A stretch of DNA of 64,000 nt from Nitrosotalea sp. (GTDB taxonomy: Bacteria; Methylomirabilota; Methylomirabilia; Rokubacteriales; CSP1-6): NCBI GenBank assembly GCA_035519555.1, contig DATIWG010000051.1:130520-194519 (forward strand), given 5' to 3'. This document shows positions 53,231 through 59,586 of the stretch, one piece after another. The stretch's first letter is position 1. Every line of letters begins with the position of its first letter. Under the pieces are notes generated by a model, which was not told the origin of the DNA, did no database searches, and was given only the letters and a program-made list of their open reading frames with translations. Both the position numbers and the translations under genes were made by a program.

Positions 53231-53880
53231 TCGTCCTGCTGCTGTCGGGTCTCCCGCTCGTCTCGCCGATCGCGGCCGGTCCGGCCTCCGCCGCGGAGTG
53301 CGTCGTGCTCGAGGACTTCTCCCGGGGTCCGGTCGACGCGCTCCCGCCCGACTGGAAGCCGCGCAAGGAGGAGGGGCGCTCGGTGTACTCGATCCGCGAG
53401 GAGGACGGGCGCCGGTTCCTCCACGCCGAGTCGCGGGGCCTCGGGATCCAGGCTGGTCGCGAGGTGGCCTGGGACCTCGAGACCTATCCGATCCTCGCCT
53501 GGTCGTGGCGGCCGGTCGAGTTCCCGAAGGGCTCCGACGAGCGTAGGTCCTCCACCAACGACAGCGCGGTCTCGGTCTACGCGCTGTTCCCGGGCTCGCT
53601 CGGCTCCGTGAGGAGCGTCAAGTACGTCTGGAGCCGGGTCGTGCCGGTCGGCACCCATCTCACCTCGAGCGCAGGCACTACCCAGGTGCGGGTGTTGCGC
53701 AGCGGTCCCGACAAAGCTGGGCAGTGGGTCGAGGAGATGGCCGACGTGCGGGAGGACTACCGTAAGTACTTCGGGGATGCGGCTCCCAAGCCCGCCGGGA
53801 TCGCGGTCCTCACCGACGCCGACGACACCAGGAGCAGTGCGCGGGGCGACTACGCCACCTTCCGCGTGTGCAAGCCCTGA
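53209..53880 (+). CDS. DUF3047-family secreted protein
   Basis: GTG at 53209 (or 53212) overlaps the VWA gene by 22 nt, and a signal peptide follows. LEDFSRG...PPDWKPRKEEGRSVYSI...DSAVSVYALF...KYVWS...IAVLTDADDT matches the DUF3047 pattern. Confidence 0.75.
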   Translation: MVAPRPLIVLLLSGLPLVSPIAAGPASAAECVVLEDFSRGPVDALPPDWKPRKEEGRSVYSIREEDGRRFLHAESRGLGIQAGREVAWDLETYPILAWSWRPVEFPKGSDERRSSTNDSAVSVYALFPGSLGSVRSVKYVWSRVVPVGTHLTSSAGTTQVRVLRSGPDKAGQWVEEMADVREDYRKYFGDAAPKPAGIAVLTDADDTRSSARGDYATFRVCKP

Positions 53881-53939
53881 GGGACGGCGCGCGTGGCTGA
53901 CGCCGATTCGTTCGAGGCCCTCTGGGGCTACCCTCCCCA

Positions 53940-53960
53940 CCGCCGAGCGCTTCTCGGCGG
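53940..53960 (+). terminator. Hairpin downstream of the DUF3047 gene (possible terminator)
   Basis: CCGCCGAG-CGCTT-CTCGGCGG forms an 8-bp perfect stem 60 nt after the stop at 53880. There is no U-tract. Confidence 0.35.
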
Positions 53961-54034
53961 CGATTCCGGGCTGGACCTTTCCCAAGAGCTCGCGCATGAT
54001 CTGGAGGGAGGATCGAGATGCCGGAGGAGACGCC

Positions 54035-54562
54035 ATGAGCGACGACGAGTTCCTGGACCCGACCGATTCGGTGGCGGTCCCTCGCAAGCGCGCGCGACGC
54101 CTCGAGAGTCTCGAGGGCAAGACCATCACGTTGCTCGACATCTCGAAGGCCAAGGGCAACCATCTCCTCGATCGGGTGGAGGAGCTGCTCCGCGAGCGGG
54201 CCCATCCGAAGGCCGTCTTGCGCAAGAAGAAGCCCACGTTCGCGCGTCCGGCCCCCGAGGACCTGCGCCAAGAGATCCTCAAGGACAGCGACGCGGTCAT
54301 CGAGGCCCTCGCCGACTGAGGGTCGTGCACAACGTGCAGTGTGCACGACAGCGTGTTCTTCGAGGACCAGGGGATTCCGACCGCCACCGTCATCTCCACC
54401 GAGTTCAAGCGGGCGGCGCGGGCTCAGGCCGACGCGCTCGGGGCGAGCGACCACCAGACCGTCATGGTCGCGCACCCGATCCAGCCGCTGACCCGGGACG
54501 AGGTGCGCGCGCTGGCCGATAAAGCCTTCGACGAGATCGTCGCGCGCCTGACGCGCGGGTGA
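54035..54562 (+). CDS. Predicted selenoprotein with a Sec-Gly-Ser-Cys motif (UGSC-type); in-frame UGA at 54317-54319 read as selenocysteine
   Basis: ATG at 54035 lies 6 nt after GGAGGA. ORF 53777..54319 and ORF 54341..54562 are in the same frame, with no other stop between them. The joined product is 175 aa and reads ...DAVIEALAD-U-GSCTTCSVHDSVFFEDQGIPTATVIST... A SECIS-like hairpin follows the UGA. Confidence 0.75.
54322..54349 (+). promoter_or_regulatory. Bacterial SECIS-like stem-loop
   Basis: GTCGTGCACA (54322-54331) pairs perfectly with TGTGCACGAC (54340-54349). The 8-nt apical loop ACGTGCAG contains GU. The stem begins 3 nt after the UGA. Confidence 0.65.
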
Positions 54563-55320
54563 CCCTCCTCCTCAAGCTGCTCCTGGTGCCGGGGCTGATC
54601 GCCCTGGTCACCCTGGCCGGCCGCCGCTTCGGCCCCCGCATCGGCGGCTGGCTCAACGCCCTGCCGCTGGTGGCGGGGCCGGTACTCTTCTTCCTCGCGC
54701 TCGAGCAGGGCGACGCCTTCGTGGCGCGGGCCGCCGAGGCGACCCTCGCTGGCCTCGCTGCGGTGGCCGCGTTCGCGGTGATCTACTCCTGGACGGCGGT
54801 GGCTGGACGGTGGTGGGTGTGCGTGCTCGTGGGATGGGCGGCCTTCGGCCTGCTGACGATCGCGCTCCAGGCGGTGCCCTGGACGGCCGTCTCCGGGCTG
54901 GCGCTGGCCGTGGCTGCCTTCGGCGTCGCGCGCTTCCTGCTCCCGCGCTTACCGGAGGCCCTGCCCCCCGCGGGAGCGCCCGCATGGGATCTGCCGCTGC
55001 GCATGGTCTCCGCAGTGGTGCTGGTGCTGCTGGTCACCGGGCTGGCCGCCTGGCTCGGGCCGCGGCTCTCCGGCGCGATCACGCCGTTCCCGATCGCCAC
55101 CACGATCCTGCTCGCGTTCACGCACGCCCAGCAGGGTGCGCCGGCCGCGGTGGGCTTCCTGCGCGCGTTCCTGCCCGCGATGTGGGGCTTCGCCCTCTTC
55201 TGCTTCGTGCTGGCCTGGGGCGTGGTGGGCCTCGGGCGCGATCTCGCGTTCCTGCTCGCCTTCGCCCTGAGCCTGCTCGCCCAGGGCGTCGTGTGGATGG
55301 GGCTCGAAGGCGCTCGCTAG
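54559..55320 (+). CDS. Multi-pass integral membrane protein of unknown function
   Basis: The GTG start overlaps the selenoprotein stop (GTGA). 253 aa, almost entirely hydrophobic segments. I recognise no family. Confidence 0.65.
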   Translation: MTLLLKLLLVPGLIALVTLAGRRFGPRIGGWLNALPLVAGPVLFFLALEQGDAFVARAAEATLAGLAAVAAFAVIYSWTAVAGRWWVCVLVGWAAFGLLTIALQAVPWTAVSGLALAVAAFGVARFLLPRLPEALPPAGAPAWDLPLRMVSAVVLVLLVTGLAAWLGPRLSGAITPFPIATTILLAFTHAQQGAPAAVGFLRAFLPAMWGFALFCFVLAWGVVGLGRDLAFLLAFALSLLAQGVVWMGLEGAR

Positions 55321-55823
55321 TCGGGGAACCGCCAGACGCGGCCCTCGGCCGGCTCGTCGGTCAGCGTGAACTGGGGCAGGGCGAAGTCGGCGGAGAGGTC
55401 CTGGAAGATCACGCGGACTCGCTTGCCGATCGCCACGTTCTGCTCGGGCTCGGGGCGGAACTCCAGCGTGACCAGGTTTGCGATGACGCGCAGGGCCTCG
55501 TCGGGCGTCGGCACGCCGCGCTGCTCATCGAGCTCCACCAGCACCACCGCGTAAGGCGTCCACTCCTTGAAGCCGGGCTGGATCGCGTGGTGCACGACCT
55601 CGTACGAGTAGATGTGCCCGCGCCCGCTCACCGGCTTCCATTCCCACTCGAGCGACGTGCACCACGGGCAGCCGTGGCTCGGTGGGTAGCGCATGAGCCC
55701 GCACGCCTTGCAGGCGCGGAGCATCAGGCGATGGTTCGCGCGGGCCAGCTTGAAGTGCTCGCGCCACTCCGAGTCGTTCTCCGGGATCACCAGGTTCATG
55801 CCGCGGTACTCGACGGAGGCCAT
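55317..55823 (-). CDS. Zn-ribbon OB-fold protein (DUF35 family)
   Basis: CKACGLMRYPPSHGCPWC zinc ribbon followed by an OB fold (GRGHIYSYEVVH...YAVVLVEL). It lies directly downstream of a thiolase-like gene, which is the usual pairing. Confidence 0.85.
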   Translation of the reverse strand: MASVEYRGMNLVIPENDSEWREHFKLARANHRLMLRACKACGLMRYPPSHGCPWCTSLEWEWKPVSGRGHIYSYEVVHHAIQPGFKEWTPYAVVLVELDEQRGVPTPDEALRVIANLVTLEFRPEPEQNVAIGKRVRVIFQDLSADFALPQFTLTDEPAEGRVWRFPD

Positions 55824-55827
55824 TGGG

Positions 55828-57042
55828 CTAGTTCCTCATGATCAGGGCGGAGCCGGTCGGCGGCATCGCCCAGCCGAGATTCATGGTGATGCGAGCGTCC
55901 TTGACCTGGCGGCACTTGCCCGGCGAATAGTCGTAGCTGTGCTTGCCGTCTTCCCAGCCCGGGCAGTAGTCGTCTACCTGGCCGCGGAGCTGGCGGACGT
56001 TCTCGATCACCATCGAGATGCCGTGCGTGTAGCCCTCGCAGAGATGGCTCCCCGAGGTGTTGTTCGGCCGCTTGCCGCCGAGCTCGATGATGCCGCTCGA
56101 GACGTAGCGGCCGCCCTCGCCCTTGGGGCAGAAGCCGTACTCCTCGAGCTGGAGCATGGTGGTGAAGGTGAACGCATCGTAGGAGCCGGTGACGTTCACG
56201 TCGTCCGGCTTGATGCCGGCCTGGCCGAACACGATGTCCTTCGCGTGATAACCCGCCACCCGGGAGATCGGCCCGTGGGCCCAGTGGAAGTCGGTGCGCG
56301 GCTTGTTGACCCGGCCTGCGACGCCCATGATGTAGACGGGCTTTCGGCGGAGGTCGCGCGCACGCGCCGCGCTCGTCACGATGAGGGCGGTGGCGTTGTC
56401 GGTCTCCAGACAGCAATCCAGCAGGTGGAGCGGCTTGCAGATCCAGCGGGAGGCCAGGACGTCCGCCACCGTCACGCGATCCTTGAGGAACGCCTTCGGG
56501 TTCTGCGACGCGTGCTTGCTGTGAGCGACCCGCACGTGGGCCACCTGCTCGGACGTCGTGCCGTACTCGTACATGTGGCGCATGAAGGTCGGCGCGAAGT
56601 TCTGGCCGGCGCTACGCATGCCGAAGGGCACCTGGGCCAGATCGAGGCCGCGCACCGGCTGGGCGGCCCGCGCGCCGGTGCCCCCGATCCGGAAGTCCGA
56701 GTAGCCGTTCATCGAGCGGAAGATCGCGACCGTGTGGCACATCCCGGCCTCGATGGCGCCCATCGCCAGCCCGACCAGGGCCTCGGTCGAGGAGCCGCCC
56801 CCGAAGACGTCCATGTAGAAGTTGAGCCGGATTCCGAGGTCGGGCGCCACCCAGTTGGCGAACACGGAGTCGCCGCTCTGGTAGGACATCATCCCGTCCA
56901 CCGCGTCCTTGCCGAGGCCCGCGTCGCGCATGGCGTTGCGCACCGCCTCCACGGCCATGGCGCGGGTGCTGCGCGCGGACTGGCGGCTGTACTCGGTCTC
57001 TCCGACACCGACGATGCAGTACTTGTCCTTGAGCGATGCCAT
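55828..57042 (-). CDS. Thiolase-like protein (SCP-x / lipid-transfer-protein type)
   Basis: The ATG at 57042 is preceded by GGAGGA. YCIVGVGETEYSR...LLDCCLETDNATALIV...SGSHLCEGYTHG is typical of the non-specific lipid-transfer thiolases that pair with DUF35. Confidence 0.85.
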   Translation of the reverse strand: MASLKDKYCIVGVGETEYSRQSARSTRAMAVEAVRNAMRDAGLGKDAVDGMMSYQSGDSVFANWVAPDLGIRLNFYMDVFGGGSSTEALVGLAMGAIEAGMCHTVAIFRSMNGYSDFRIGGTGARAAQPVRGLDLAQVPFGMRSAGQNFAPTFMRHMYEYGTTSEQVAHVRVAHSKHASQNPKAFLKDRVTVADVLASRWICKPLHLLDCCLETDNATALIVTSAARARDLRRKPVYIMGVAGRVNKPRTDFHWAHGPISRVAGYHAKDIVFGQAGIKPDDVNVTGSYDAFTFTTMLQLEEYGFCPKGEGGRYVSSGIIELGGKRPNNTSGSHLCEGYTHGISMVIENVRQLRGQVDDYCPGWEDGKHSYDYSPGKCRQVKDARITMNLGWAMPPTGSALIMRN

Positions 57043-57088
57043 GGGGGATCCTCCGCGCCGCGACTCTACGCGAGCGCGGCGGGGGGCG

Positions 57089-58345
57089 TCAAGCCGCCGC
57101 CGGCTCGTCGCGCGGCGCGGGCGCGCGAGTGAAGGCGAGGAGGCCCAGGGCCACCGCGTTGCAGCCGGCGCTGAGCCACCAGGCGAGGCGGTAGTCGCCG
57201 GCGCGGTCGTAGATGAAGCCGGCCGCGAACGGACCGCACGCGCCCATGGAGCCGGCAAGGGCGAAGAGCAGACCGGCCAGGCTCGCGGCCTGCTCCCGCC
57301 CGAAGAAGTCGGCGACGGTGGCGGTGAAGAGCGTCGAGGCGGCCCCGTAGGCAAAACCGAAGACGAGGGAGCTGGCGTAGAGCGCCGGGAGGTCGCGGGC
57401 CTGGGCGAAGCCCAGGAACGCGGCGGCCTGCAGCGCCAGGGCCAGCGCGAGCGCGCTGCGCCGCCCGATCCGGTCCGACGCCGCGCCCATCGCGAGGCGG
57501 CCGACCATTGCGGAGGCGCCGAGCGCGCTCACCAGGGTGGTGGCCAGGAGCGGGGCGATCCCGAGGCCGCGCGCCATCGGCACCAGATGGACGAGGGGGA
57601 TGAAGACCGGGATCCAGGTGGCCGCGAAGACCCCGTAGAGCAGCCAGAACGCCCGCGTGCGCACCGCCTGGCCGACCGTCCAGCCGCGGGCCCGGCCGCG
57701 AGAGTGGCCGGCGCCGCCGGGGATCGGCTCGCCATCCGGCCGCAGGCCCATGGTCTCCGGGTCGCGTCGCATGAGCAGGGCCAACACGTTGAGGGCGAGC
57801 AGGACCGCGGCGCCGAAGACCACGTAGGCCCAGCGCCAGCCGAGCCGGCTCACCAGGACGTGGGCGATGGGGGGAAACGCGAAGGTGCCGAGGCTTCCCC
57901 CCGCGCTGGCCAGGCCGACCGCAATGCCGCGCCGGCGTGTGAACCACTTTGCGACGGTGGCGTTGCAGGGCACGTAGGCGGTGGACATGCCGAGAGCGGC
58001 GACAGTCCCGTAGAGCAGGTAGGGTTGCCAGAGCGCGCTCACGCGGCTCATCAGCGTGAGCCCGATCCCGAGGAGCGCCCCGCCGACCGAGATGACCGCG
58101 CGCGGGCCCCAGCGATCGGTGAGACGTCCGGCCGCCAGCGCGAACGCAGCGTAGACGAAGGCGTACAGGGAGAACACGCCCGAGAGGCTGGCCCGGCTCC
58201 ACCCGAACTCCCCGACGAGCGCGGCGAAGAACACGCCGAAGGCGTACTGGGTGCCGTAGGCCATGAACAGGACGAGGAAGGCCGCCGCCACCACGGTCCA
58301 CCCATAGAAGAGACCCGGCCGGCCGCCCGGGCTAGCGGCCGGCAT
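57089..58345 (-). CDS. MFS transporter (oxalate/formate-antiporter-like subfamily)
   Basis: 418 aa. FYGWTVVAAAFLVLFMAYGTQYAFGVFF...GRLTDRWGPR... with about 12 TM segments. Confidence 0.85.
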   Translation of the reverse strand: MPAASPGGRPGLFYGWTVVAAAFLVLFMAYGTQYAFGVFFAALVGEFGWSRASLSGVFSLYAFVYAAFALAAGRLTDRWGPRAVISVGGALLGIGLTLMSRVSALWQPYLLYGTVAALGMSTAYVPCNATVAKWFTRRRGIAVGLASAGGSLGTFAFPPIAHVLVSRLGWRWAYVVFGAAVLLALNVLALLMRRDPETMGLRPDGEPIPGGAGHSRGRARGWTVGQAVRTRAFWLLYGVFAATWIPVFIPLVHLVPMARGLGIAPLLATTLVSALGASAMVGRLAMGAASDRIGRRSALALALALQAAAFLGFAQARDLPALYASSLVFGFAYGAASTLFTATVADFFGREQAASLAGLLFALAGSMGACGPFAAGFIYDRAGDYRLAWWLSAGCNAVALGLLAFTRAPAPRDEPAAA

Positions 58346-59586
58346 CGTCGCGAGGCTTCGCCGTCGAGCGCTCCGTGTCCAGGATGGCAGGCAGGATCCC
58401 GGCCTGGTGCGTGCTCTCGATGCGCACGATGCGGCCGAGCCGGCCGACCGCGTCGCGGATGCGGACGGCCGCGTTGCGGCAGGTGCGGGTCCAGTTGCTC
58501 TCGTCGGTGCCCGGGGGCAGCCGGTCCTCCAGCATCTGGGTGTAGCCCATGATGATCGCGAGCGGGTTGTTGATCTCGTGGGCGGCGGCCTGCGCCAGGA
58601 GATTCACCGAGCGGAGCGACGCCGCCTCGCGCCGAGCGTCCTCACCGGCGAGGCGCTCGGCGACGTCGCGGTAGATCACGATCTCGTAGTGGCGCCCGCG
58701 GTGCTCGACGACCCGCCGGGCCCAGTCCACGGCGAGGAGGCGGCCCGTCGCGGCCTGGAAGGGCACACCCTGCGCCCGCGCGATCCCGGGGGGCCTTCCC
58801 GCGGCCGGCTCCCCGGGAACGCCCTTCGGCGCGGCGGCCGGCGGCCAGAACGACCGCGAGTCCTGGCCGAGCAGGCGCTCGCGGGGGAGGCCCGACATCT
58901 CGCAGTCCGCGCGGTTGCAGTCGAGTATCGCGTGTGTCTCCGCGTCTACGATCCGTACCGCGTCGGTGGCTTCGTCGAGCACGGCGCGGAACCGCTCACG
59001 CTCCTGGGCCAGCACGCGCCGGTCGACGATGCTCGCCATGAGCATCGCCAGGGTCGGGAGGCCGATCACGGTCATCACCAGGTAGGACGGCCAGACCTCC
59101 GCGAACATCCTGCGGCCCGGCTCGCCGAGCGAAGCCGCCGAAGGTGATGAAGAAGGTGGCGACGGCCAGGACGAAGGCGTGGTGGATGCGGACCCGCGCG
59201 GTGCCACCCGCCCACCGGTGGGCCAGCCCCGCCGCGGCGGCCACCGCGATCACGGTCACCACCCCGGCGGCCGCCCCGCTGCCGCCGAGCCAGACGCGGT
59301 ACGCGGCGGCGGCGAGCGCCGCGATCAGCCCGGCCCACCACCCCTCGAAGAGCCCGATGATCGCCACCGGGATCACGCGGCCGTCGACGAAGACGCCCTC
59401 GGCGGTCTGGATGCGCGAGATCATCAGGACGACCGCGACGCCGCCCCAGACGAGGCCGAGGACCACGGCCCAGATCGAGCGGTACCGCGGGTCGTCGGGC
59501 TCGAACCAGCCGTAGGCGAGGGAGTAGAAGAGGACGCCGGAGACGCCGATGCCGGCCGCCTCCAGCAGGTGGTGGTAGTCCATCAC
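58332..59586 (-). pseudogene. 5TMR-LYT / PAS / HisKA sensor, split by a frameshift near 59130 and lacking any HATPase_c domain
   Basis: ORF 58996..59586 encodes five or more TM helices and stays meaningful only up to ...ATFFITFGGF. ORF 58332..59207 becomes meaningful from LGEPGRRMFAEVWPSYLVMTVIGL (a sixth TM). It then has a PAS-like region and an H-box (AAHEINNPLAIIMGY), and ends about 70 aa later. Confidence 0.5.

Noticed and set aside
53128-54408. 426-aa minus-strand ORF spanning the DUF3047 gene and the selenoprotein region
   Set aside because: It has no motifs and lies antisense to two plus-strand genes with good Shine-Dalgarno sites or starts and family-like sequence. Accepting it would also hide the UGA-recoded gene.
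55317-55320. The shared CTAG in which the stop codons of the convergent membrane-protein and DUF35 genes overlap
   Set aside because: It is real in the sequence, but it is a trivial consequence of the palindromic CTAG. Nothing suggests a function beyond tight packing.
56909-58552. 547-aa plus-strand ORF
   Set aside because: It is antisense to the MFS transporter and the thiolase 5' end. The translation is Arg/Glu/Gly-rich low complexity.
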